A DNA stretch of 64,000 nucleotides, taken from contig OZ024740.1 in the NCBI GenBank assembly GCA_964016885.1, positions 100,316,001 through 100,380,000 on the forward strand, written 5' to 3'. This document shows positions 28,152 through 41,150 of this stretch, piece by piece (within the stretch, counting starts at the first letter, position 1; the number at the start of each line of letters is the position of its first letter). The position numbers were made by a program, and so were the translations under genes. Source of the stretch: Eledone cirrhosa. Its lineage: Eukaryota. The notes under the pieces are model-generated. The model was not told the origin of the DNA. It made no database searches and worked only from the letters and a program-made list of their open reading frames with translations.

Positions 28152-28412
28152 ATATCACAGAAAAAAGAGAATCAGTGTTGCGACAAAAGGAATTTACTGG
28201 ACATATTACAATCGTTTCTCGGACGACCAGCTTAAGGCACAATCGATGTGGTGATCAAACCTGACTCTGAAATTATGCCGTCCTCAGATACGTCTCGATT
28301 CTATGAAGCAGATTTATAGGAAAATCTATTAAGCAGATTTTCCTATAAATCTGCTTAATATATCCAATAAATTCCTTTTGTCACAACACTGATTCTCTTT
28401 TTTCTGTGATAT
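28152..28412. mobile_element. Foldback element with 57-bp arms, an internal hairpin and a hammerhead
   Basis: Arms 28152-28208 and 28356-28412; second hairpin at about 28306-28356. Confidence 0.75.
28200..28294 (-). ncRNA. Minimal type I hammerhead motif with extended stem II
   Basis: Minus strand: gacgtat-CTGAGGA-cgg...ccga-GAAA-cgattg-TA-atatgtc (7-bp stem I). Confidence 0.65.
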
Positions 28413-28517
28413 CATACTCTGCTCTATGAGGGCATCGATTGCTCATACGGCTTACCGCATACGGACGCTTTAAGCATCCAATACAAATTATATATATATA
28501 CATATATGTATATATAA

Positions 28518-30836
28518 CTACTTCATCAGCACTCGCCCTGACCGCCTGAGCAAACATCTGCCACTGGTCTTCACGGTTCTGTGCATGCTGTAGTTCTTGG
28601 AACTTATTCCTGATCTCCAGGTAGAATCCCTCTGACGTGCCTTGGTCTTGCAGGCTTGCGACAGCATATGGACTCACGATCTTATTTGCTTTGTTCTTCT
28701 TCAACCTCAAGCGGATTTTTCCAACCACAAGATGATGGTCAGATCCGACGTCTGCCCCTCGGTAGGTGCGAACATCAAAGAGAGAGGAACGCCACCTCGT
28801 GCCAATGCAGATATAATCAATCTCATTCCTGGTGTTGCCATCAGGGGAAGTCCATGTCATCTTGTGAATTGGCTTATGGGCGAAGAATGAATTCCCAATG
28901 GAGAGGTTGCTGATAGTGCTCAGGGACAGCAACCGTTCCCCGTTGTCATTGACGAGAGGAAGGATGTTAAGAACAAAAGAGATCAAAGCAAAACTCGACA
29001 GCAATGGAAGGAAGTGGACAAATTGTACAGACGTCTTGACAAGGAAGTAAAGAAGAGCTGTCGAAAAGACAAGCGGCACCAGTGGTAGGAAGATTGGGCT
29101 GCAGAGGCACAGGTGGCAGCAGATCGAAATGATTCCAAGACGCTGTACCAGATCGTCAGAGAGCTAACTGGAGGACGAAGTGGAAGCAGTTTGCCAATCA
29201 AGAGCAAAGATGGTCGGATGCTTGCAGCCAGTGAAGAGCAGGCCCAGAGGTAGAACGAACACTTTTGTGAGGTGCTCAATCAGCCATCCACCAACACAGT
29301 GTTCGGGGCTTGACTGGTTACCGGCTGGATGTTCAACTAGACGACATCACAAGAGGTGAGGTGGCCAAGGCCATCCGCTGCCAAAAGAATAACAAAGCGG
29401 CAGGGCTGGATGAGATTCCTGCAGAGCTTCTGAAGCACGGCAAGGATGTAATAGAGGAGCAGCTCACCCATTTATGCAAAGTGATTTGACAAGAAGAGGA
29501 GGTGCCGGAGGACTGGGGAAATGGAGTGATTGTACCACTACCAAATAAGGGCTGTCTCAGCGACTGCAACAACTGGAGAAGGATCACGTTGCTCTCAGTG
29601 CCAGGGAAGGTATTCTGCACAGTCATCCTGAACCGGCTGAGAGCAGATGTAGATCGTCATCTTCGAGACGAACAGGCTGGCTTCCGCAGTGGAAGGTCTT
29701 GTTCAGAGCAGATCTTCACTCTACGAAATATCATTGAACAATATCGGGATTTCCACAAGTCCCTTGTTGTCAACTACATTGACTTTTGGTAGTGTTCATC
29801 GGGAGTCATTGTGGAAGATTGTAAGACTCTACGGTGTCCCAGAGAAATATATTAACATCTTCAGGTCGCTGTACCGAAATTCCAGGTGCTGCGTTAGGAC
29901 AAAGGACAGAAACACGGAAATGTTTGACATCTTGACGGGTGTTCGACAAGGCTGCATCTTTTCGCCTTTCCTTTTCCCATTGTCATTGATTTCATCATGA
30001 AGAAGACAATACGTGACCCTCGTTTTGGCATCAGTTGGGATGGAAGAAGATTAAGCAAACTTTGCCGATGACATTGCAGTTATAGGTCATTCACCGAGAA
30101 GAGCTTCAAGAGAAGACAAATGTTCTAAATGACAATGCAGAGAAAATTGGCCTATGCATCAGTTGTAAAAAAACCAAGACCATGTCGACAGGTGACCCTC
30201 CAAATCCTCCCATCATGTTTGGTCAGCGTAATATTGAATGTGTAAACCACTTCCAACTCCTTGGCAGCAACATCTCTGACGATGGGGATGCTGAGGTGGA
30301 TGTGCGCACAAAGCTGGGAAAAGCAGCGGCGGTCTTCCAGCGACTCCGTCCACTATGGTCCAGGTGTTCCATCGGCAATGCTGTCAAATTCCGTGTTTAC
30401 ATGTTCATTGTAGTACCAACAGCGATATATGCCTGTGAGACATGGAAGAGTTCAGAAAGTGTATGTAACAAGCTTGATGTATTCCACCGTCGTTGCATTC
30501 GGACCATATTGAAAATTTCACGGAGAGACCAAGTTAGCAACGAGTAAGTGATGAGGAGGTCAGGATTGGAGAGGTTAAGGGACATTGTCCGGAAAAGGAG
30601 ATGGCGGTTCGCGGGCCACATCCTTCGTTTGCCGGCAGATCGACCTGCTCATATTGCCCTGGATTGGGTACCAGAAGGTAGCAGGAGAGAACGGGGAAGA
30701 CCACGGAGCACATTCAGGGAGGACCTGCGGAAGATGGGAATTACCTGGAGAGGTGCTAGAAGGGCTGCCAGTGACAGGATCAAGTGGAGGAAGCTCGTCG
30801 CCCAATGTTCCACAAGGGACTGGAGGAACTAGGACT
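28518..30836 (+). mobile_element. RTE-like LINE with an inverted 5' segment
   Basis: 28518-28952 on minus encodes the APE C-terminus (NGERLL..TWTSPDG..IDYI..SDH); 28950-30832 on plus encodes RT (KAAGLDEI, NWRRITLLS, EQAGFR, GVRQGC, FADD) with stops. Confidence 0.9.
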
Positions 30837-31196
30837 AAAGATATATGTATATATATATAATATGTGTGTGTGTGTGTGTGACTGGGGTTGTATATTGAAT
30901 TATGTATGAGAAATTCAGTAAATTATGGAAGTGAAAGAAGAAATGGTTTTTGGAAATGGGATGACAAATATTATATCTAATTTTTCTAACATAGACAAGA
31001 GAACTGTTAATCATGATCTTCTATTATAATGCGGTCATACTTACTATATGTAAAACACCTTGTGTGCATTATAGTAATATTAATTTCTAATTTATGCACA
31101 AGGCCAACAAATTTGATGGAAGGGGAAGTAAATTAAATCGACTGGTACTTTATTTTAATGACCCTACTTGGCACCCTTTATTCCTGTCTCTCTCTC

Positions 31197-31725
<529 letters not shown>

Positions 31726-31865
31726 AATAATTAACTCCGTACTCGCACCGCCAACTACACAAACGAAGACGGGTGAGTTGCATTACGTTGAGTGCTCTCC
31801 ATAATATTACATCGAGATTAACCACACGGGATGACCAGTTCTATCCAGTGGTGAACCAACAAACC

Positions 31866-31919
<54 letters not shown>

Positions 31920-32045
31920 GTAGGAGGTGAGTTTTATTGTAGTACAATAAAGCAATGCAGATATCGGATAAGAAGCACTCTACAGTTTGTAGGACTGGAG
32001 TATACATAATATAAGATCAAAAGATGGTTAAAGGAGTTCCATGTA

Positions 32046-32112
32046 TTTTATTATGCGCATTTCAAAAACAAACATCATCATGCAATAATATTTGTGTTTT
32101 CATCAGATAAAA
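32046..32112 (-). ncRNA. Minimal type I hammerhead ribozyme (mirror copy)
   Basis: Reverse complement of 32244-32310. Confidence 0.8.
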
Positions 32113-32243
32113 CAGGAGAACATGATATGAAGGCTAAAAAAACACTTGTGGATAGTGCAGTTTTAAATCAACATATCATGTATGTTGATTTAAAACTGCA
32201 CTATCCACAAGTGTTTTTTTAGCCTTCATATCATGTTCTCCTG

Positions 32244-32310
32244 TTTTATCTGATGAAAACACAAATATTATTGCATGATGATGTTTGTTTTTGAAATGCG
32301 CATAATAAAA
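32244..32310 (+). ncRNA. Minimal type I hammerhead ribozyme
   Basis: ttttat-CTGATGA-(long stem II)-GAAA-tgcgca-TA-ataaaa; palindromic loop 3. Confidence 0.8.
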
Positions 32311-32342
32311 TACATGGAACTCCTTTAACCATCTTTTGATCT

Positions 32343-32417
<75 letters not shown>

Positions 32418-32601
32418 ATACATTAACAGAGAAAGCTTAAAGCTTCAAGCTATACTCTGACTGGCTTCCATCTCACTCAACAAACATTAGGATATACCTT
32501 AGTATAATCCCAATTTTACGTTTCGGGTGCAAACTATATGTATTTTGCGGATAGCCAGTTGTATTATTTTATATGAGACATAATTAAAATACATCTCCCT
32601 T

Positions 32602-32723
32602 TCCAAACAATTGTTTCATTATAAGTTTTCTACAAGTTGGGAAAAATGTGTCCAGGTTATGTAGAAGCCTGCAAATAATTCGTAGGAATATATGCAGGTG
32701 GGCACTTATAAATCATCAGTGGA
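32602..32723 (-). ncRNA. Minimal type I hammerhead with branched stem II
   Basis: Minus strand: tcca-CTGATGA-tttataagt...acttataat-GAAA-caattg-TT-tgga; two extra hairpins inside stem II; lies in a 340-bp island between (TA)n tracts. Confidence 0.75.
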
Positions 32724-32750
32724 TGCCCGTCAAACATCGATATAAAAAAA

Positions 32751-32824
<74 letters not shown>

Positions 32825-33289
32825 TTATGATAAAAATATTGACTAATCAGAATGATTGCATAAGTAACACACCAATGATGTGATGATGAAATTAGTTTTA
32901 CGCACTCAACATTGTGTGTTTTCTTTCAAATATAATTTGATAGTCTGTGATGGAGTATAAAGAGAGTAAAGATAATTGCAAAAATCAGATGTTCAGGTTT
33001 AAATATCCTTTATTCATGAAGCTATGTTACATAATTCAATGGTGATCATGGCTACATGATGTTTCAATCATGCAATAGTAATGCTATATAATCAGACAGC
33101 ATCTTATGCAATAAGGTATGTATGTTACCTGTCTTTTAGCTTGTATTGTATTGTATATATATATGTATATATATATATATATAAATCAATAATAATGAGT
33201 TCAAATCTCAGGCAGTCTTTTACAATGAAATAGCTCAAAGAAAGAGTATTTCTGAGCCGTGTAATACAGGTTAATATAAATTAATCCAA

Positions 33290-34520
33290 GCGAGGAAGGC
33301 TGAAGGTGGTGTTTGTGTATTTGTGCAGGTGTACGTGAGTGTGTGTGCGTGTGTATGTGAGAGTTTGAGGAATAACGAGGTTCCATGTTCAGGAAAAGGT
33401 GTGTGCGTGGGATGGGGTGTAAGTCGGTGTGTGCGTGCGTGTGGAAGGAGAGGCGTCAGGGGTGGGAGAGGTGGCGTGTGGATTCCGGAGGTTGTGTATA
33501 TGTGGGGGTACGCACGTGTGTGTTTGTGTTTATATGTAGTGTGGATGTGGGTGGCGTGGTGCGAAAAAAATGTGAGTGTATGTTCGTAGGTAAGGTCCTG
33601 AGGTAGTTCCGTCGGATGTGTGGAGAGGTGCTGGATATTTTTCAAGTTATGGAGTGGATGGTTGGAGAGATGACCGAAGGTGTAGAATCCAATGTTGGTG
33701 GGATGCGCGCGCAACAGGTAGTGGTCAGAGTGTCAAGACAGGGTGAAGAGATAGCAGTAGAGCGGGATGAAGAGATAGCAGTAGAGCCGGATGAAGAGAT
33801 AGCAGTAGAGCGAGATGACAGGTGGAGTGAGGTGAGGACTGTGTGTGTGTCTGTGTGTGCGGAGGTGCGGTGGACAGGGGAGAGGATGGGTAGGTGTGAA
33901 GGGTGGATGGGGAAGGTGGGGAAGTGGGGCGATGGGGTGTATATTAGTAGAGGTGTTAGTGGGATGTGTGTGCGTGAAGGGGTGTGGGTGGAGCAGGGAG
34001 AGGGAGAGAAGAGGTGTTGGGGACGGAGGAGGGAGTGTAGTGTACTGGTGTGTGTGCGCGTGTTTGGATGAGTGTGTTTGTGGTAAAGGGGTGTTAGTGG
34101 GTGTTAGTATTACATGTGGTGGGGAAAGGGTGGAAAGCGGGTGTGTAAGTGGTGGTTAGTGGTGTTTGGGTGGGTGGTGTACATAGGTGTGTGTGTGTGT
34201 GTGTGTGATGGTTCGTGTGCGTGGGGTCGGGGGGAGGTTAGTGATCTTAGTTGTGGGGTGGTTGGAGTGGATGTGTGGGTGAGGGTTAGTGGTGGTAGTA
34301 GGGTGTGTGGATAGTGTGAGTGCGTATATATATTATGTTCAGGTGGGTGGGTGCGTGTTAGGGGGAGGGGTTGGGATGTTAGTATAGTTAGTTAGGGGAG
34401 GGCGGAGGGGTGAGGTGGGGTGTTAGTATGTTAGTATATATATATATAGGTGTGTGTATGTCTGTGTCTGTATTTGTATTTTGTATGTGTGAGTGTATAT
34501 GTGTATGTCTGTGTGTGTGT
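33290..34520. repeat. G/T-rich low-complexity tract containing a 3 x 24-bp tandem (33744-33818)
   Basis: Strong G skew; unit TGAAGAGATAGCAGTAGAGCNNGA. Confidence 0.8.
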
Positions 34521-35016
34521 TATTTGACATCAGTTGGCTTTAAAAATAGAACACAAAGGTATATTATCAAAAACTACATAGTATTTAGATTGATGCTCAA
34601 CCAATTTTACCAATTAACTATTCATAACCAATGACTGATTATGAATAAATTATTAGCATTTACACTGTGCCAGTTATAATGTCAATTCCAATATAAGTCT
34701 GGTTTTTAGATTAATCTTCAGATATTTTCTATAAGTTTTAAATCATAATGTGAGCTGCTTTGATTATGTATCTAGAACATTCATTTATAATGATAACTTT
34801 AGGGATGACATATCTAGAACATTCATTCATAATGTAATGTTTGTATATCGAATCATCAGCACCAACCTCATTATTTGATCACAGAAGCAGACGACTACAA
34901 TCTCCATCTACCTATTACAGATTTCATAATCAATTAAGGTCCAATGGCTGAGTGACTGACAGTAGCCAACATTTGATTCCCTTTATCGAATTTAGATGGT
35001 TTATTGTCAAAGCAGA

Positions 35017-35112
35017 TAATTGTTTCTACTATTGGCACAAGGCCAGCTATTACCAGTACATTACTGGTGCTTTATTTTATCGACACCGTAAGGATGAAAG
35101 GCAAAGTTAATC
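35017..35112 (-). mobile_element. SINE family A, partial
   Basis: Reverse-complement match to body and tail. Confidence 0.75.
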
Positions 35113-36760
35113 CTTGACCAATGACTGTTACTTTAGTTTTAACCCTGATGCTCTAAAACATCTGTCAAATCATCACCAAGATAGAGTAATGTTTTGTCAT
35201 ACCCCATTATATATGTATCATCATCATCACCATCACCGTTTAACATCCGTTTTTCCCCACTAGCATATATATATATAAGCTGTTGTTGTTGTTGTCATCG
35301 TCATTTGTTGTTATCGTTATTGTTGTTAGCTGGGTATTACTATCACTATGATTGCAACGGCCAGTGTAGACAACGTTGGTCGGGGTTTGCTGTTGTTGTC
35401 TTCAATGTGGCTGTCAACAAAATATATACCTCACCCTCCCTCAGAGTTCCGTTTATTGCTTCCACTATCTACTGGATTATGGCTACGCATAGACCTATCA
35501 ACACAACATACTTGAGGGGTTGCCTTTTGCTGATTTATGACCTCAATTCCGTTGGGGGATGCTTCAATTCTGATTTTGCTAATTGACACATGGATAGCAC
35601 TTTACTCCAGTGAACATGATGGCTGGGAGACATTTTCAGGAACTCATATGACTGCCGGACACACGAGCAAAAGGATGCGTGTTTTTTCCTGCACAAAATT
35701 GAATTTCATCTCAGGAGACCATTCTCATAACACCAACAAATGCATGAATTACACCTTGATTGCATGGGAGGACCGTTGAAATAATTATAATGTATAAATG
35801 ATTTATGTAACATCAGTATCTTTATTAATGTTATTATTATGCTGAATCTCCATCGTAACTACAAACTACGAGTGTTGAGAGCTTTCTCCTGCTTTTACTA
35901 AAATAATCTCTTCGGAAATAGGAAAAATATATACATATATATATATATATATCTTCAATGTATGTAATTCAAAACTTTATTTTCTCTTCTAATTATATAG
36001 CAAAACTGATTTATACATGTATATGTATATATTGTAATTTTTATTAATGGATACAAAAGTAATAATTATCTATTTAGATTAATTTCATTTACTAAGATGG
36101 TAATGCATTTAATTTTCAATTTAAAATAACTCCATAACTTTAAATTGTTGAGTTTAAATATTGTTTCATGCTGTACATATTATAATATATTTCTGATACA
36201 AGCTTCCTTCAATTATTTTTACATTTTCTAGGTTTGCCTTATTTGTTGTAAAAGCAGGTTTATAGTGAATGTCTATCCTGTTTAAAGGTCTCTTATTTGG
36301 ACATATATTAGCTGCACAGGTAGCTTCACATAATTAGTTTGTTTTTGTTTATCGTTTGTGGGTTTATAGTTTAGCCAAATATATATATAGCAAAGCTGCA
36401 AACCAAAGAATAAAAAAGAAATACATAGAATAAATGAGCAACAGCATATATCCTCCTGTTCATCCATCCCCCACTCAAAGCAAGCTCCTGCATAAAGGTG
36501 ATATAGCATAATACTTAACTCAAGCTGAATGACAGATTAGAATGAGCATGAGATGACTCAACAATATAGAGACAGGTGAGAAAATGTGAGTGTTTTTTTA
36601 CTAGGACAGAAAAGCAAGTACATAAACAAATAAAAATATGGTGCAGACAAGGTGTTCAAATTGTAATGCTGGAAGGAGGGAAATATGAATATACTTTTGT
36701 CAAAAAATAGGATAGAGACTGTATATATATATATACACAAACTCTCATATATATATATAT

Positions 36761-37070
36761 CATCATCATCATCATCATTTCATTTTACGTCCGCTTTTCC
36801 CTGCTTGCAAGGGTGGGACGGCAACTGATTCTGCCTTGATTTCTACAGCTGGATGCCCTTCCTAACACCAACCTCATTTACAGTGAGTGCTGGGTGCTTT
36901 TTTGCTGTAGCACCTGCACGACCACTTTGCATTTCTACAGCTGAGTAAACTGGAGCAATGTGAAATAAAGTCTCTTGCTCAAGGAAACAACACATCACCC
37001 AGTCTGAGAATTGAACTCACAACCTTTCGATTGCAAGGCCAATGCTCTAACCACTAAGCCATGTGCCTCC
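36761..37070 (-). mobile_element. SINE family B
   Basis: Head and tail match the family. Confidence 0.85.
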
Positions 37071-37087
37071 ATAGATATATATATATA

Positions 37088-37860
37088 TCATCACCGTTTT
37101 TACGTCCACTTTTCCATGCTTGCATAGGTTGGATGGGTCCTCCTCAGCACAGTATCTCTCCATTTGTTGCATTCCTTCATCTTCCCTGCCAGTTTTAACG
37201 ATTTCAGATACGCTCTCTCAACCTCTGGCCAGGTCTTTCTTTGTCGTCCTCCATTGCGGCTTCTTTCCACTGGAATATCCTGGCATTTCTTCACACATCG
37301 GTCATTTTCCATGCTCATCATATGTCATACCATACTATACTCTCCTGCATATCACCTCAGATTCTCCTTAAGCCCAGCTTCTCTCTCAGCTTGTCCAAGC
37401 TCTGCCTTTCTGTCATATTTACATTGCACATCCGACAAAAGATGGTTGCTTCATTTCTCTCCAGTCTACACATGTCCTCTGCAATCACAGCCAATGTTTC
37501 ACTACCATGCTGCATCACACACCACATGGCTGCATTTACTTTGCTGTTCCACCACCAGGTCACCCTTTGTCTTCCAGTCGCATGTTTCGCTAGTAGTACG
37601 CATAAAAATTTCTAGTTGTCCTCTAAATTTTATGTATCCAGCTTGTCATCCCTCTCACCAAGTGCATCTTGTACGGCCTTTCTAAATCTATATTTTACTG
37701 AGAGGTCTTTTAGCTTCCGCACCCTCTCTCTCCATATTTTCCTGCATGTCTTGTTCTGTCTTTTGTTTATTTTGAAGTTACAAATAACTAACTTGTGCTG
37801 GGCAGTGCATTCTTCCCTAGGGAAGGTCTTAATGTTTATTACAGTCCATTTGTAATTTTA
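37088..37860 (-). mobile_element. Deleted RTE LINE copy
   Basis: TWWWN joined directly to HGSETLA..RLERNE; same family as the 56593-60260 element. Confidence 0.8.
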
Positions 37861-38535
37861 TTGTGGCACCAAAATGACCACTTTACAGTGTGGAGGGTGA
37901 CTTTGTTGGGGGAGTTGTGTGGGGATTAGGGAGGTAGGTATAGAGGTATTTGTGAGTGTTAGGATATGGGTGGGGGTATTAGATTATGTGGTTAAAATAA
38001 TGTAAAAATAGTAACAGAATGAGTACAAAATCCTGGTAAGTAAAATGTAGAAATTTATTTTCTCAGAAGAAAAGTGTCAGTTAACTCGAAATTTCAGCTT
38101 TAACACTTCATCTGGCTTTATATATTTAATTGTTATCTCCTTCAAATCTTACAGCTTTTCAAACTAGAATAATGCATTCATATTTATACCTATAATTATT
38201 AGTGCAATTGGGTATGATAGTAAATGACAAAATTAGATGCACAAAATCCTGAGCTTTTCAGACAAAGATAATCTAAAATGCACTTAGCAAATAAAATTTG
38301 TAACTAGAAGAGTAAAAATATGTAAAACTTTTCTAAAGTTCAACATATAACTCATCACTGTTATTATCTAAATTCCAAAAATAGAGCTGCTTTGTTTCTT
38401 TCTAAGAAAGCACCTCCTTATTAAAATAATTCAAATAATTAAAAAATAACAAACATTTGAATTGTGCAAAGAACGTAAAAAATCTTAGTGAAAATATCCA
38501 CATACTCACATATACACAAACTAACATGCATGTAA

Positions 38536-38568
<33 letters not shown>

Positions 38569-38848
38569 AATATATCTATTCACACACATACAATGCATAC
38601 TATTCCTCAGAAAAATGCTTCATCATTAACTCTAAGTTGAAATAGCTATAATTACAAATAAGTGGATGTCACCAAGCCACAGATGGAATCTCAAATACAA
38701 ATAGATCAATGCAATAAAAATGTTCTTTTTCAATTTCTACTTTAGCATTTTTTTAGTAACTTTAGTTGTTTATATATATATCATCATCATCATCATCTTC
38801 ATTTAACGTCTATCTTCCAAGCTAGCATGATACACAGACACACACACA

Positions 38849-38895
<47 letters not shown>

Positions 38896-39183
38896 ACACA
38901 CACGCACACACACATACACAGAAAAATCACAAACCCTCCATCTCAATTCTACTTTTGAAAAGCACAAGAACTGTGAAACCCGTAAAGAAACCAAATAAAT
39001 ATTGTTAAAAAGACTCCAGTTGCATTTTCGATTTCATCTTTTTTCCTCATACTTTCACTCATGTAGGACATCTCGTTGTTTTTTTCATTTTGTAAAAAAA
39101 AACTCACTTTCTAACATATATATATATATAATATTATTCAAAATATTAACAAATGAAGATATTCATATAATCAAAATATATGC

Positions 39184-39243
39184 TTTATTATATATATTTC
39201 GAAGGTACTGTGTTGTTTTTTCAGTACGTCCTCGTCAGATAAA
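39184..39243 (-). ncRNA. Minimal type I hammerhead ribozyme
   Basis: Minus strand: tttat-CTGACGA-ggacgtactg...cagtaccttc-GAAA-tatata-TA-ataaa; G-C-closed stem II. Confidence 0.8.
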
Positions 39244-39343
39244 ATATATGATTTGTTATATGACCATACCTCTACAGAATATATATAATAAAGTATATAT
39301 TTTGATTATGTGAATATCTTCATTTGTTAATATTTTGAATAAT

Positions 39344-39529
39344 TCTTTCTACGTTAGGCACAAGGCCAACAGATACCCAGTGTATTACTGGTACTTTATT
39401 TTATCGACCCCGTAAGGATGAAAGGCAAAGTTAACCTTGGCGGGATTTGAACTCAGAATGGCAAGACCGTAACTCTATACGTCAAAGCATAGCGTCCGAC
39501 CCTCTACCGATACTGCCAATCCACCGCCC
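39344..39529 (-). mobile_element. Full-length SINE family A with TSD
   Basis: TSD TTTTGAATAAT at 39333-39343 and 39530-39540. Confidence 0.9.
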
Positions 39530-39615
39530 TTTTGAATAATATTAAAAACTCCAGGAAAACTTTTTACTGTTGAGAAAAACTGTATTCATTGAGTAATCAA
39601 TGAACCATAATCTTT

Positions 39616-39650
<35 letters not shown>

Positions 39651-40302
39651 GCGGAATGACCAGGTTACCAGGTTGCCCACTGGCAAGTGAACCACGGGAG
39701 ACCCAAGGTAGCATTGCAGGGGACCACAGTAGCATTGCAAGGGCCCACTGTAGTATTTTAGGGGCTAATGCTTTGCTTTCAAAAAAAATAACTTTAAAAA
39801 TAAATCTAAGTGTAAGAATAAAATGTTTTTAAAAATAGATAAAATTAATTAATTTCTCATAACATATATTATTTGATATGAAAGCCATTCCTAGATTACC
39901 ATTGATCATGATATACATATATGTTGAATGTATTTCATACCTAATGATATATTATCAATTTCACAAAATAATAATAAATTGAAAGGGGATATAACAGTGA
40001 AAGTAAGCTAGAGCTGACAAAATGTAACCACAGTGAAATGCATCCACTGCTGCCCCAGTGCCAAGGTAGCTGCAACATGAACTTAGTTTAAAATAGTCAA
40101 TCAAGACTAAATGAATGTTTGTTTTACTTGAATATTATATATGGGTACATATGTGCTTTTATAGAGTGAGCAAGTTTTTATAATATTGATGATGATCGAT
40201 GGGTAAAGAAGTGGCAGGAAATGCCAGTGGAAGGAAGGCACAGTAGAAGTAGACCAAGAAAGACCTCGGCAGAGGAGGTGAGATCTGATGTCAAATTGGC
40301 TG

Positions 40303-40488
40303 TGGATTGGCAGGATCGGTAGAGGGTCGAACACCATGCTTTGACGCATAGAGTTACGGCCCTTGCCATTCTGAGTTCAAATCCCGCCGAGGTTAACTTT
40401 GCCTTTCATCCTTACGGGGTCAATAAAATAAAGTACCAGTAATGCACTGGTATAATTGCTGGCCTTGTGCCAAAAGTAGAAACAATTA
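40303..40488 (+). mobile_element. SINE family A
   Basis: Family match; interrupts an RTE remnant at 40195-40300. Confidence 0.85.
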
Positions 40489-40841
40489 TATTTCTTATCA
40501 GTGACTGTTTGTATGGCTTAAAGATGTAGATATTTTGAGGTACAATAGGCACAGGCTAGACATGAATGCAGGCCCCATTTCAGACTGCTCATTAAATATT
40601 TTAGTAATCAGCATTCAATATATATATATATGATTCATATATTGGTAATGGGTGTATATATCATGATGAGGGTGCACTTAAATGTAATAAAACAGAATAA
40701 AAGAACTAGAACAAAAGCTGGGTAACCTGCCCCCACTATCTTCCATGAAAAGCTGCCTACTTACACCCACCCACCTCTGCTGAGCTCATGGATATTTTCC
40801 AAGCATACTGCTTGGGGTATATTCTGGGACTTGCCAGTTGG

Positions 40842-41150
40842 TTATGCCCTTAAAGTTTGTCCATTTTTTTCCTGAGACATTCTACCCACTTGTCCATAAT
40901 ATAAGAGAAGTAACGACTCTATCTGAAGCAATCTCCCTGATCTATGCACTCTATTGAGTAACATTACACCAAAAACTCTTTGAAGGAACTCCATTTCACC
41001 CACATATTCACGATCATATTCTTCTGATGATTTACCAAGATTCATGACTGGTAAGGGTTGGCATGAATACCAAATTGAAGATAGCAACTTTGACTTTTAC
41101 ACCCAACTCTCTTTTTCTGAAGAGCAGCTACTGAAGCTGGTGCATTGCTG
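40842..41150 (-). mobile_element. RTE-like LINE fragment
   Basis: EMEFLQRVFGVMLLNRV..YGQVGRM. Confidence 0.7.

Larger units (their letters stand above)
32006..32350. mobile_element. Apparently perfect palindrome (170-bp arms, 5-nt loop) with two hammerheads
   Basis: Centre at 32178; no arm mismatch seen by eye; followed by long (TA)n. Confidence 0.85.
39129..39544. mobile_element. Foldback element with hammerhead, interrupted by a SINE
   Basis: Arms of about 70 bp (TAATATTATTCAAAATATTAACAAATGAAGATATTC); abuts (TA)n. Confidence 0.75.

Noticed and set aside
39646-40052. Possible Harbinger-like MITE starting AGTGGCGGA
   Set aside because: Matching terminus and TSD are not convincing
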